Positions 40,135 through 50,378 are shown, counted from the stretch's first letter. The stretch is DNA of 64,000 nucleotides from an uncultured Verrucomicrobiae bacterium (GCA_963813025.1 CAWEXO010000008.1:1-64000); one strand, 5' to 3'. Numbers and translations: made by a program. The notes: generated from the letters alone by a model not told the origin.

Positions 40135-41178
40135 ATGTCTCCCAGCAAGCCGGAACTCAACCTTGGCCCGATTGATGTGCATGTTCATCTTTCTTTGAAC
40201 GGACGAGGCAGCATGCGCGGCTGGTCCCGCCGGCGCTGGCTGATGCGGCCGTTTTTCGCCGCGACGGCGCGCGATATCGGTCTTCGGGGTGGATTTGGAA
40301 GCCAGGATTTCGATCGGCAATACCTCGACCTTTTGGTGAGCTGGCTCGACCAATCGTCGCTTACCGCGGCTGTCCTTCTTGCTTACGATTGGGTGCGAGA
40401 TTCCGCCGGCAATCTGCGCAAAGATCTTTCCGATCTCTATGTTTCGAACAGCGCGGTGCTAGCCGCCGCCTCGCAACATCCAAAATTCTTGCCCGGCGTT
40501 TCCATTCACCCAGCCCGTCCGGACGCCTTCGAGGAACTGGAGCGCTGCGCGGAACGGGGAGCCGCGCTGCTGAAGTTGCTGCCTTGTGTGCAGAACGTCG
40601 ACTGCAATGAAAAACGTTACAAACGTTTTTGGGTGCGTCTGGCCGATCTGGGTTTGCCGCTGTTGGCCCATACCGGCGGCGAGTTTTGCGTTCGCAGTGT
40701 CCGCAACGATCTCAAATCCCCCTCCTGCTTTCGGCTGCCGCTGGAGTGCGGTGTAACGGTGATTGCCGCCCGCTGCGGGACCCGAGCTCTGCCGTGGGAT
40801 GGAGATCATTTCCACACCTTCCTGGAAATGCGCACTCGGTACCCAAATCTGTACGGTGATCTCTCGCCGCTGTCTCATATCACTCATCTCGCGTCGCTCG
40901 AAAGGCTCCGCGAAGAACCAGAGCGTCTCTTGCATGGAACCGATTACCCGGTGGTTAGCGCGGTCTTTCCATCGTTCTTTAAAGGGTGGATCAGCCGGGA
41001 TGAAATGCGCCGCCTGAACGCGATCCGCAACCCGCTCGAAAAGAAGGTTCAACTGACCCGGGCACAAGGATTCCCGGAGCGTGTCTTTACGGACCTTTGG
41101 GACCTTTTGCCAAACAGGATCGTCAGCTCGTTTCGAGAGCGTCACCAGAAAACTTCGCGTCCTGAAATCGTGCCGTAG
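40135..41178 (+). CDS. Amidohydrolase-family protein
   Basis: IDVHVH, SIHPAR, LAHTGGE, LYGDLS, LHGTDYP; AARCG where AAH is expected. Confidence 0.85.
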   Translation: MSPSKPELNLGPIDVHVHLSLNGRGSMRGWSRRRWLMRPFFAATARDIGLRGGFGSQDFDRQYLDLLVSWLDQSSLTAAVLLAYDWVRDSAGNLRKDLSDLYVSNSAVLAAASQHPKFLPGVSIHPARPDAFEELERCAERGAALLKLLPCVQNVDCNEKRYKRFWVRLADLGLPLLAHTGGEFCVRSVRNDLKSPSCFRLPLECGVTVIAARCGTRALPWDGDHFHTFLEMRTRYPNLYGDLSPLSHITHLASLERLREEPERLLHGTDYPVVSAVFPSFFKGWISRDEMRRLNAIRNPLEKKVQLTRAQGFPERVFTDLWDLLPNRIVSSFRERHQKTSRPEIVP

Positions 41179-41349
41179 CGCGGAACTTATCGCCGAAAAT
41201 AGTCCCCACCGGAGACAGGTCGTGATCGGGATTACCCTTTAGGGTAAATTACAAGTGCTCGTTTGACCAATAGAGACACCATTTAGTTGTGCATATAATT
41301 ATAGGAAGGAACGGGGTTCCATTCTTCACCGTAGGAGAAATTTCTCAGT

Positions 41350-42624
41350 ATGAATTCCAGCATCCGCACAGGTCCGCAACTAGCAAGGCTTGCTTCAGCA
41401 GAGAAAAGAAGTTCGTCGATTCTTTCCATGGGCATCATCGTCGCCGCATTGGGTTACTTTGTCGATATCTATGACCTGGTTCTCTTTAGCGTTGTGCGAG
41501 TTTCCAGCCTCCGATCGATCGGGACGAGCGGACAGGCTCTAGTCGATCAAGGAGCCCTGCTTTTAAACGTGCAGATGTTTGGCATGCTTTTGGGCGGAGT
41601 CGCCTGGGGAATCCTTGGCGACAAACGAGGACGATTATCAATCCTGTTCGGGTCGATTATTCTTTATTCTCTCGCCAATTTTGCAAATGCGTTCGCGAAC
41701 TCGCTAACGGAGTTTCTGATCTTGCGATTCATCGCGGGGGTCGGACTAGCTGGTGAACTGGGTGCGGGAATCACGCTGGTGGCAGAGCGCCTAGCGACCT
41801 CGCGGCGGGGCCAGGGGGCTGCGATCGTCGCTGGATTCGGTGTGCTCGGAGCGGTGGCCGCAAATCTTGTCGCCGAACAGTTGGATTGGCGGTCCGCCTA
41901 TTTCGTAGGTGGCGCGATGGGCCTGGGCGTGCTGGTATTCCGTTACCGATCGCTCGAGTCGGGGCTTTTCCAAAGCCTGAAGTCCCGTCAACCAGCGATT
42001 AGCCGCGGTAAGTTCGTCAGCTTGTTCACGCGGCGAGAACGATTTGTTCGCTATATCAGCTGTATTCTCGTCGGATTGCCGCTCTGGTATGTGGTTGGCA
42101 TTCTGGTTACGTTTTCGCCGGAGTTTGGTAAGCTGCTGGGAATTCGGGGAGAGATCAGCGCCGGGCGGGCGGTGATGTTTAGTTACCTTGGATTCGCCGC
42201 CGGCGATTTCTTGAGCGGATTCGTTAGCCAGGCATTGGGGACGCGCAAGAAGGTAATATTTGGTTTCATTGCTGCGCTTGCGGTCACTGTCGCGCTTTAC
42301 TTTAGCCTCCATGGAGCTACCGAGGTGGTCTTTTATGGTGTCTGCTTCCTACTCGGTGTGACTGGCGGCTATTGGGCGGTGCTGCTCATGATGTCCGCTG
42401 AACAATTCGGAACAAATCTCCGGGCGACGGTTGCAACTACCGTTCCAAATTTTATCCGCGGGGCTCTGATACCGCTAACGATTTTCTTTCAAATGTGCAA
42501 ACCCGTGCTCGGAATGGTCGGAAGTGCTGCATTGACTGGCTTCGTCACATTGGTTATCGCCGTCGCGGCGCTAAGTCAGCTGGACGAAACATGCAATCGA
42601 TCGCTGGACTTCCTGGAGGACTGA
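41350..42624 (+). CDS. MFS transporter
   Basis: LGYFVDIYDL, GDKRGR, RFIAGVGLAGELG, EQFGTNLRAT. Confidence 0.9.
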   Translation: MNSSIRTGPQLARLASAEKRSSSILSMGIIVAALGYFVDIYDLVLFSVVRVSSLRSIGTSGQALVDQGALLLNVQMFGMLLGGVAWGILGDKRGRLSILFGSIILYSLANFANAFANSLTEFLILRFIAGVGLAGELGAGITLVAERLATSRRGQGAAIVAGFGVLGAVAANLVAEQLDWRSAYFVGGAMGLGVLVFRYRSLESGLFQSLKSRQPAISRGKFVSLFTRRERFVRYISCILVGLPLWYVVGILVTFSPEFGKLLGIRGEISAGRAVMFSYLGFAAGDFLSGFVSQALGTRKKVIFGFIAALAVTVALYFSLHGATEVVFYGVCFLLGVTGGYWAVLLMMSAEQFGTNLRATVATTVPNFIRGALIPLTIFFQMCKPVLGMVGSAALTGFVTLVIAVAALSQLDETCNRSLDFLED

Positions 42625-42821
42625 CGGCTGCCGCGGTCATCTATCCTCCCGATCATCGAAAGACAACAGGACAGTTGCCGAAAGAAAAACCTTCAATCGA
42701 CCACATTTGGCTCGACAGTATTGGTGAGCCTCAGATCCGGGCCTGATCCAGCTTGGGTTTCGCTGCCAAAACCAGGGCGGCACTTTATTCCGTCGGGAAC
42801 TGGATCGATCGGTGACATGTC

Positions 42822-42985
42822 AAGAGGCTGTCTCGCAACGTGGCGTCGGGCCTGCTCCGGTAGGGCGAAAATTATCCGAGCCTTAGCGAGGACTCGTTTG
42901 AGCCGGAATAGGGTGTGCTACACCTCCTAGACGGCTCAAACAAGTTCTCGCTGGCGCTCGAATGAGTTTTCGCCTTGCCAGCACA
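42822..42985. repeat. REP/MITE family copy
   Basis: agaggctgtctcgcaac...tccggtagggcgaaaa...acggctcaaacaagttctcgc. Confidence 0.8.
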
Positions 42986-43061
42986 GAGCCCAAGTGAAGA
43001 TCGCGTAACGCGTTAAATATACTTTAAAAGGTTACTAACACTCAACCGAAATCCGTCGTCG

Positions 43062-43352
43062 ATGAAGAACACATCTATCTCCTTCAAAACAGCCCTAGTT
43101 GGCGGCTTCAAAATTTTCTATCGCGAAGCCGGCGATCCGCAGGCAGCGGCCGTCCTCCTGCTGCATGGCTTTCCCACTTCAAGCCATATGTTCCGCAACT
43201 TGATCCCGCAACTGGGAGACGATTATCATGTCATTGCCCCGGACCTACCTGGTTTTGGGTTTTCCGATGCACCGGATCATAAGACCTTTGAGTACACCTT
43301 CGATCATCTGGCTGAGATCATTGGAGACTTCGTCGAGCAGATCGGTCTGAAA
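43062..43352 (+). pseudogene. Alpha/beta hydrolase, N-terminal half
   Basis: [30 protein letters not shown], ...EQIGLK; homology stops at the inversion breakpoint. Confidence 0.9.
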
Positions 43353-43914
43353 TACCCGCATCAAGTCGGAGTCCCGAGATCATCCCGCGCAAATTTGGGT
43401 TGGCGCGCGGTGACCGGTTGCCGTGGAAATCGGGCTAAACGTGGAGATCGCCGGTGAGCAATGCCCGGTCGGCCAGACCGCGCGCTTCCCGCAGCTGGGT
43501 CAGACGTCGGTTCAGCAAATCGAAAATGGTCAACCGATCGGCATCCGCCTCTTTCTTGGCTGCGGGAAACGCCGCATGATTGAAGATTACGTGATCGATC
43601 CAGGCACCTACGGCGGATTGGCCTCCTTCGGTCAACCAGAGTTCGGGGACCATGGCCGAGAAGTAGGGCCCCCAACATTCGGGAATGAATCTGGACTCGC
43701 TCGAGACGCCCATATGACAGGACGAGGTGCCAGCGATGATCGCCAGACGGTGGTTCAGTAGCTCGGCGTCCAATGCCTCTCCTTCCTGAACCGCTCCAAC
43801 CACTCCCAGCCCGCCGGCGTGGGCATCGCGACGAGGAATTTGCCTTGGGTGGTGCTTGGCATGGTTTAGGAAAATGCCACAAATGCACACAAGCCTGGCA
43901 TTCTTCTGTGTCAC
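43353..43914 (-). pseudogene. FGGY pentulose kinase, middle part (internal deletion, nonsense codon)
   Basis: [51 protein letters not shown]. Confidence 0.9.
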
Positions 43915-45005
43915 GGCTCCAAGGTAACTTTCACCGAGGTTAACCCAGAGATAACCATATTAATACCTTTCTGGTAATCCGCCAGAGGCAGCCGGTGGGT
44001 AACGATTTCATCCATCGGCAACAAACCTTGTTGAATCATTCGGATAGCGACCGGGTAACAATGCGGTCCCAAGTGAGAACCATGGACGTTCAATTCCTTG
44101 GTGTCGCCGATGATGGTCCAATCGACTGTTACCTTTTCTCGCATCACGCTGAATTCGACAAAGGTGCCAAGTTTCCGAATCATGAGAAGCCCCTGCTCCA
44201 CGGCGGGCGGCGCGCCGGTTGCCTCGATGTAAACGTCGCAGCCGTAGCCGCCGGTCAGATCACGCAGTTTCTGCACAGCGTCTTCCTTTTTTGGGTTGAT
44301 GCCGATATCGGCCCCGGTGCGTTTAGCAACCGCGAGCCGATCATCACTCAAATCGAGCGCGACTATTCGCTCTGGCCCCTTCAGCTTGGCGCCCGCGATC
44401 ATTCCGAGGCCGAGCGGCCCGCAGCCAGCGATCACGACAGTGTCCTGGTATTTGATATCGCCCCGTTCCACCGCGTGAAGCGAGCAGGCAAGCGGCTCGA
44501 CGAATACTGCGTGGTGCCAAGGCACCGTTTCCGGAACCTTGTAGTTCAGAGCACCCTCCGGGAAAACCATGTAGTCGGCCCATGCGCCGAATGTCTTTTG
44601 TCGAAAACCGTAAATGTCATGTGGCTGGCACATCCAGTAAGCGCCCATTTTGCAGTAGCGGCACTGCCAGCAGGGAACAATCTGCTCGCTGACGGCATGA
44701 TCCCCGATTTTCAACCCGTACTTTTCCCCCGTTCCTTCGCCGAGCGCGACGACTTCACCGACGAACTCGTGTCCCGGGGTAATCGGGGCCTGACAATAGC
44801 CGGCGCGATGCTCATCTCCCCAGAAGAGCGGCGCTCCGGTGTAGCATTTGATATCGCTGGCACAGATGCCAGTACTCTTCACCTTGATAACTACTTCACC
44901 GGGACCGGCTTTCGGCACGTTACGTTCTTCCATCCGGTAATCCTCCGGACCGTGGCACATGACGGTCGCCATTGTTTTTGGCAATTTTTCAGCTACTGCA
45001 CTCAT
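43911..45005 (-). CDS. Zn-dependent polyol dehydrogenase (erythritol/L-threitol dehydrogenase EltD-like)
   Basis: GICASDIK, FWGDE, PGHEF, EQIVPCWQCRYC, GCGPLGLG, HLGPHCYP. Confidence 0.85.
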   Translation of the reverse strand: MSAVAEKLPKTMATVMCHGPEDYRMEERNVPKAGPGEVVIKVKSTGICASDIKCYTGAPLFWGDEHRAGYCQAPITPGHEFVGEVVALGEGTGEKYGLKIGDHAVSEQIVPCWQCRYCKMGAYWMCQPHDIYGFRQKTFGAWADYMVFPEGALNYKVPETVPWHHAVFVEPLACSLHAVERGDIKYQDTVVIAGCGPLGLGMIAGAKLKGPERIVALDLSDDRLAVAKRTGADIGINPKKEDAVQKLRDLTGGYGCDVYIEATGAPPAVEQGLLMIRKLGTFVEFSVMREKVTVDWTIIGDTKELNVHGSHLGPHCYPVAIRMIQQGLLPMDEIVTHRLPLADYQKGINMVISGLTSVKVTLEP

Positions 45006-45110
45006 TGATTATTTCTCCTGGATAATTTTGGTGGGCGCTAATCTCACGGGCATTACTGATCAGAGGAAAGTTCTGGCCTGTCATGAAGACCGTGAGGAAA
45101 ACGAGTTTGG

Positions 45111-46214
45111 TTAGTTTTTAACCGGGGTTACCGGAATAGAATTTTCTTTTTCGTCAAACAAATAAAGGTGGGCCGCGGGTAGATGAAATTGCAATCGATG
45201 GTTCCTCTCCGGGAGGATATGCCCGCTGGCCTTGACTACCAGGAGCGAGTTATCTCCCATGGAGGAATGAATGCAGGTCTCGCCCCCCAGATTCTCCACG
45301 ATGCTCACTACCGCCGGTACGGGCAGAGCGTCCGGCCGGGGCTCAAGCAGAATGTGTTCGGGCCGGATGCCGACGGTCAGGTTTTTTCCGTCGAGACCGT
45401 TCTTCAGAGCAATCGGTAGGTTCACCCGGCCGAGAGCCGGCGAGGTACAGCGTAGTCCGGTGGCCGATGCCTGTTCGACGATGACCGGCAAAAAATTCAT
45501 CTGGGGAGATCCAATGAAGCCGGCCACAAACTTGTTGGCCGGCCGATCGTAGAGCTCCATCGGAGAGCCGATCTGCTCGATGCGGCCATCGTGCAAGATG
45601 ACGATCCGGTCAGCCATCGTCATCGCTTCGACTTGGTCGTGGGTAACGTAGATCACGGTATTGCGGGTCTCGTAATGGAGATTGAGGAGTTCCACGCGCA
45701 TTCGGACTCGGAGCTTGGCGTCGAGATTCGACAACGGCTCGTCAAAGAGAAAGAGCTTCGGTTGCTTGACGATGGAGCGGCCAATCGCTACGCGCTGGCG
45801 TTGTCCCCCAGAAAGTTGTTTCGGCTTCCGATCAAGCAACTCGCCGAGATGGAGAAGGTCAGCGGCTTTCTGCACCCGTTTCTGAATATCGGCTTTCGAC
45901 AGGTTCTGCAGCCGCAATCCGAAAGCGATGTTCTCGAAGACGTTCAGATGCGGAAACAAAGCATAGCTCTGAAAAACCATCGCGACGTTGCGTTTGGACG
46001 GATGGATATGCGTGATATCCCGCCCATCCAGTTCAATCGTGCCACTGCTAACGGACTCCAGGCCCGCAATCGAACGCAACAATGTAGATTTGCCGCACCC
46101 GGAGGGGCCAACGAACACCACAAACTCCTCTTTTTCGACCGAAAAGTTGATGTCCTTCAATGCGTGAAAGCTCTCATAATGCTTCTGCAGATCCGCTAAA
46201 GTCAGATAGGACAT
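45111..46214 (-). CDS. Sugar ABC transporter ATPase (MalK/UgpC type)
   Basis: GPSGCGKST, LSGGQRQR, DEPLSNLD, VAGFIGSP. Confidence 0.93.
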   Translation of the reverse strand: MSYLTLADLQKHYESFHALKDINFSVEKEEFVVFVGPSGCGKSTLLRSIAGLESVSSGTIELDGRDITHIHPSKRNVAMVFQSYALFPHLNVFENIAFGLRLQNLSKADIQKRVQKAADLLHLGELLDRKPKQLSGGQRQRVAIGRSIVKQPKLFLFDEPLSNLDAKLRVRMRVELLNLHYETRNTVIYVTHDQVEAMTMADRIVILHDGRIEQIGSPMELYDRPANKFVAGFIGSPQMNFLPVIVEQASATGLRCTSPALGRVNLPIALKNGLDGKNLTVGIRPEHILLEPRPDALPVPAVVSIVENLGGETCIHSSMGDNSLLVVKASGHILPERNHRLQFHLPAAHLYLFDEKENSIPVTPVKN

Positions 46215-46320
46215 GGTTTGGGGGATTTTTGTTATGCGTTGATTAAACGGGCGATCGAAATCGCTAGACCGCTTAGCGCATAGACAGACTAGGATGAATT
46301 TACCACGTTTTCCAAAGAAA

Positions 46321-46334
46321 TTGAAACGTTTTCA
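46321..46334. promoter_or_regulatory. Possible LacI operator upstream of the ATPase-dehydrogenase-kinase operon
   Basis: TTGAAACGTTTTCA shares TTGAAACGTTT with the 34487 palindrome. Confidence 0.6.
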
Positions 46335-46379
46335 CAGCCGGCATCACTTATCCGACCAAGGCTGGATGAGCGAGGCCCG

Positions 46380-48551
46380 CTAGTGTATTTCAACTATTTC
46401 GACTTCACCTTCGCGTCGCTCAACCCCGACGCTGATCACTTCTCCGCGCCGCACAAGCTCCAGGTCCACGGTCGCTCCGGCCACATCCAGATTTCTCAGG
46501 CGCACGCGCTCGATGGAGAGTGGCAACTGCGGATAATGCAGATAAACCCGCGACTCGGCCGCCGAGATCGACAAACCAAGGCAGGCTTGCAGAATCAGAA
46601 AAACCGACCCCGCCGCCCAAGCCTGCGGCGAGCAGGCCACCGGGTAAAGCGTGGGCGCTTCTTTGGGCCGCCTGGCGAATCCGCAGAACAACTCAGGCAA
46701 TCGATGCAGCTCGATCGCGATCGATGCATCAAATAAACCAGTCAAAATCCGGCAAGCCAGATGCTTGTCGGCTCGGCGCCTCAGGCCGTAAGCGATCAGC
46801 GAATTGTCGTGCGGCCAAACCGACCCGTTGTGGTACGACATCGGATTGTAGCGTGGCTGTCCGCTCGCGATCGTTCGAATCCCCCAGCCACTAAAGAACT
46901 CCTCTTTGCCATACTCCTCAATCATCCTGGTCGCGCATCCTTCGTCAACGATGCCGCTGAACAGGCACTGGCCGGCATTGGAACTCCGTACGCGGCACTG
47001 TTGCTTCTGCCCATCGAGGGCCAGAGCATAAAGGCCTAGCTCCTCACACCAAAAGCTCTCGGCAAATCGCGCCTTGAGTTGCTCAGCTTGCGTTTCCAAA
47101 TCCGCCGCTAGTTCGGTTTTGCCGAAGGCACGTGCAAGTACGGCCAGTCCGCGCTTGGCGGCGTATACATAGCCCTGCACTTCGCAAAGCGCGATTGGCC
47201 CTTCCGCCAGCTGCCCATCGGCGGAGAACACCGAATCCTGAGAATCCTTCCACCCCTGTTGCGTCAGACCGGTTTTAGAATGCGTCCCGTACTCGACGAA
47301 CCCGTCTCCATCAAGATCGCCGTATTTATTAATCCAACGGAGTGCTTGCTCCAAATTGGGCCAGAGCGTCTCGATGAGCTCGCGATTGCCCGTTCTCGCG
47401 AAGTAAGCAGACGCCAAGATCACAAAGAGAGGCGTGGAGTCAATGCTGCCGTAGTATTGGCTGAAAGGGATCTCGTCGAGATTCGCCATTTCCCCTCGAC
47501 GGATCTCGTGCACGATTTTTCCAGGCTCCGCGTCGCGTTGTGGATCAAACGACGTGGCCTGAGTCGCCGCCAGGAAACAAAGCACCCCCTGAGCGAGTGC
47601 AGGGTTGAACCAGAGATCCTGCAGAGCGGTAATTATACCATCCCGGCCAAAGGGAGTGCTGAACCATGGTACCCCGGCGTACGGATACAAGCCGTATTCG
47701 GTGCTTGCGGTGAGCATCCGCAGGTCCGCCCGGGACCGATTGAGCCAATCATTAAACTGTTCATTCGAGGAATCGATCTGACATCCGTCTCCGGATCTCT
47801 GTTCCAACGATCCCTCCATCGCTTTGCGCGCCGCTTTGTAGCTCGGATGGGTCGGCGGTTCGCCAGGAGTGCAAATAATCGAAACGAAAATTTCTGATGC
47901 TTGATTGGATCCGAGCTTTAGGGGAATACGCAAAGTTTTCGGCGTAACCTCCGGATCGACTCCAAGGATGCGGATAGACGTCTTCCTCACCAATCCGTCC
48001 AACCCTTCATAGCCCAGCTCGAGTGACTTGGGGCCGATCCGGGGATCCAATGTTTTGCCCCGGGCGCTTCGCTCAAACCCACGCACTTCAAAAATATCGG
48101 CAAAATCGGAAATGCAATGGAGGACAAGGCTCAATTCAACCAACTCCATGCCATAGTTCCGGATCTGCATACGCTCAAAGCAGGTATTTCCACTCAGAAA
48201 TTTGGATCGAAAAATGTGGATCGTGCCGCGCAGAATCTCTTGCCTGCCCAGGCGGAAATCGGGGTTTGTGATGTCGACACCAAGAACCGCATTATCATCG
48301 CGCAAACTCGAACTCAGAAGAATCGGTTGAACACCCTCCATGCTCAGGGCGAAGCCGGAGAGATGACGCGTGCCTCGGTGAAACAAACCAAACTCGCCCA
48401 ACCCGAGCGGCTGAAAATCGCCGAGCCGGTCGAAAACGGCAAAGGTTTCCCCATCTACCAGAACCCGGCGCCGGTCATCCGCGAGAGCGGAGCGGGCACG
48501 AACGTAAAATTGATCTTCGACTTTGATGACATCCTGGGCGCGCGTTCTCAT
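46380..48551 (-). CDS. Amylo-alpha-1,6-glucosidase / glycogen debranching-like protein
   Basis: AGVPWFSTPFGRD, YYGSIDSTPLF, QGWKDS, SYHNGSVWPHD, PVACSPQAWA. Confidence 0.9.
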   Translation of the reverse strand: MRTRAQDVIKVEDQFYVRARSALADDRRRVLVDGETFAVFDRLGDFQPLGLGEFGLFHRGTRHLSGFALSMEGVQPILLSSSLRDDNAVLGVDITNPDFRLGRQEILRGTIHIFRSKFLSGNTCFERMQIRNYGMELVELSLVLHCISDFADIFEVRGFERSARGKTLDPRIGPKSLELGYEGLDGLVRKTSIRILGVDPEVTPKTLRIPLKLGSNQASEIFVSIICTPGEPPTHPSYKAARKAMEGSLEQRSGDGCQIDSSNEQFNDWLNRSRADLRMLTASTEYGLYPYAGVPWFSTPFGRDGIITALQDLWFNPALAQGVLCFLAATQATSFDPQRDAEPGKIVHEIRRGEMANLDEIPFSQYYGSIDSTPLFVILASAYFARTGNRELIETLWPNLEQALRWINKYGDLDGDGFVEYGTHSKTGLTQQGWKDSQDSVFSADGQLAEGPIALCEVQGYVYAAKRGLAVLARAFGKTELAADLETQAEQLKARFAESFWCEELGLYALALDGQKQQCRVRSSNAGQCLFSGIVDEGCATRMIEEYGKEEFFSGWGIRTIASGQPRYNPMSYHNGSVWPHDNSLIAYGLRRRADKHLACRILTGLFDASIAIELHRLPELFCGFARRPKEAPTLYPVACSPQAWAAGSVFLILQACLGLSISAAESRVYLHYPQLPLSIERVRLRNLDVAGATVDLELVRRGEVISVGVERREGEVEIVEIH

Positions 48552-48618
48552 GAGGTGATTCCTTTGAGAGCTAAAGAATAATCACTAATCAGTTTTTCCC
48601 GGCGTGTCGATCGGGAAG

Positions 48619-48656
48619 AGTGCCCGAGTCCCGAGTGCGGGGGCCCGAGTCCAGGG
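48619..48656. repeat. CCCGAGT heptamer array; inverted partner ACTCGGG array at 49225-49310
   Basis: gcccgagtcccgagtgcgggggcccgagtcc versus actcgggactgtgactcgggactcgggactcggg. Confidence 0.8.
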
Positions 48657-48730
48657 TTGCGATGGTCAGACGCCAAGTTACCGCAATATAGTAACTTAAT
48701 CGTATTGGGTTATTATACTGAAATACCAAT

Positions 48731-49171
48731 ATGGCGGATATGGCAACCATTAACGAGTTTTCAGATTTCGAGGCCTTCAAAAAGTCGAGGCTTTTTGTGA
48801 TGCAGGTTGGGACACTTGTCCGCAAGACTCGGATTACAACAGATTTGGATGCTGTCCGTCAAATCAGGCGAGCGTCGATCTCCGTTTTGTCCAATTTTGC
48901 TGAAGGTTTCGAGCGAGACGGCCGCGCAGAGTTTCTTCAGTATCTATCGTATGCAAAAGGTTCCATCGGGGAAATCCGGGCGCAATTAATCTACTGCTTA
49001 GATCAGGGATACATGAATGAAGCAGCCTATCTCTCGGTAGAAGAGCTCGGTAAAGAAGCCGGCCGCCTGATCGGCGGTCTAATGAGACATATTAACAGCT
49101 CTCCCGGCAAAGGACGCAAGTTCGCCGTTTACAAACCGCGAACTCCAGAAACTCCGTCTCGGCGCTCATGA
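48731..49171 (+). CDS. Four-helix-bundle protein (23S rRNA IVS protein / TIGR02436-like)
   Basis: FSDFEAFKKS..QIRRASISVLSNFAEGFER..EFLQYLSYAKGSIGEIRAQL..DQGY. Confidence 0.9.
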   Translation: MADMATINEFSDFEAFKKSRLFVMQVGTLVRKTRITTDLDAVRQIRRASISVLSNFAEGFERDGRAEFLQYLSYAKGSIGEIRAQLIYCLDQGYMNEAAYLSVEELGKEAGRLIGGLMRHINSSPGKGRKFAVYKPRTPETPSRRS

Positions 49172-49319
49172 CGATATCTCGAATCCGAAAACAGTCTGTT
49201 TCGGGATCAAGGATCTTCACCTCGCCACGCGGGATTCGTCACTTGGGGCTTTGCTCGGCACCCGGGATCCGCTACTCGGGACTGTGACTCGGGACTCGGG
49301 ACTCGGGAGTCCCTCCCCG

Positions 49320-50378
49320 TCACGCCGCGACTCCCTCCATCCCGGCGGCCGCCTCGCAGATCAATTGGCCATACACCTCAACGTAATCGGACGCCATCCG
49401 CGTCGCGGTGAAACGTTCCTCAAAAACCCGGCGACAACCCGCTCGATCGATCGTCTCGAGACGGCCGACCGCCGCAACGGCTTGCTCGATGTCCGACACC
49501 ACGAAACCTGTTTGACCGGGATTGATCAATTCCGGAACGGATCCGAAGGGGTAGGCGACTACCGGCGTCCCGCAAGCCATTGCCTCAATGAGGACGAGCC
49601 CAAATGGCTCAGGCCAGCCAATCGGAAACAGCAGGGCGGCCGCGTTACCCAGGAATTCCTCCTTCTCACTATCACCGATCTCACCCAGAAACTCGACGAT
49701 CGGGTCATCCAATAGATGCTTAATTTCTGTCTCAAAATACTTTTGATCCGCTGCGTCCACCTTCGCCGCGATTTTGATTTTGCGGCCCGACTTTTTGGCG
49801 ATTTCAATCGCGCGATCCACCCGTTTTTCGGGGCAGATTCGACCGAGAAAGGCGAGATACTCGCCCGGATTCCGATGGAAAGAATAGAGATCGACCGGCA
49901 GCCCGTGATAAACGGTAGCCACCCAATTGGCGCCAGGCAGGGGGGCACGTTGCGCATTGGAGATAGAAACCAGCTTCATGTCCCAAAACTCGGAGAACAG
50001 AGGTTTCAGATCGATTGTATCTAGTCTGCCGTGTTCGGTTGTAACGGCCGGTCGAGCAAGGCGGCGCAACTCCGGGAACTGCAAGTAATCAGTGTGAAAA
50101 TGAAGGACGTCAAATTCCGTGGCTTGCTGCACCACTAGTTCAAGCATCCGGACGTGATGAGCGATCGGATCGACCACCCGGTCTCCCTGAAAACGGAGCG
50201 CTTTTTCGCAAATGGGAACGAGCGTCGCTGCCGTCCGCGAGTCCCCAGTGGCAAACAAGGAGACCTGGTGCCCCTGTCTGACCAATTCCTCCGTTAAGAA
50301 TGAAACCACCCGCTCCGTTCCGCCATAACACGTGGGCGGAACACTCTCGTACAAAGGCGCAACCTGAGCAATTCTCAT
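49320..50378 (-). CDS. GT4 family glycosyltransferase
   Basis: MRIAQVAPLYESVPP..YGGTERVV, FLGRICPEK, EPFGLVLIEAMACGTPV. Confidence 0.92.
   Translation of the reverse strand: MRIAQVAPLYESVPPTCYGGTERVVSFLTEELVRQGHQVSLFATGDSRTAATLVPICEKALRFQGDRVVDPIAHHVRMLELVVQQATEFDVLHFHTDYLQFPELRRLARPAVTTEHGRLDTIDLKPLFSEFWDMKLVSISNAQRAPLPGANWVATVYHGLPVDLYSFHRNPGEYLAFLGRICPEKRVDRAIEIAKKSGRKIKIAAKVDAADQKYFETEIKHLLDDPIVEFLGEIGDSEKEEFLGNAAALLFPIGWPEPFGLVLIEAMACGTPVVAYPFGSVPELINPGQTGFVVSDIEQAVAAVGRLETIDRAGCRRVFEERFTATRMASDYVEVYGQLICEAAAGMEGVAA

Noticed and set aside
26893..43352. Inversion caused by the enclosed IS110 bridge recombinase
   Set aside because: The breakpoint overlap is TT/AA, not the CT core, and the flanks match neither the target nor the donor guides.
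43435..43437. Recoded TAG (pyrrolysine/readthrough) in the FGGY kinase
   Set aside because: The gene is also deleted, inverted and frameshifted; a TTG>TAG nonsense change is simpler.
48731..49171. Diversity-generating retroelement (Avd-like gene)
   Set aside because: No reverse transcriptase and no TR/VR pair seen in the window.
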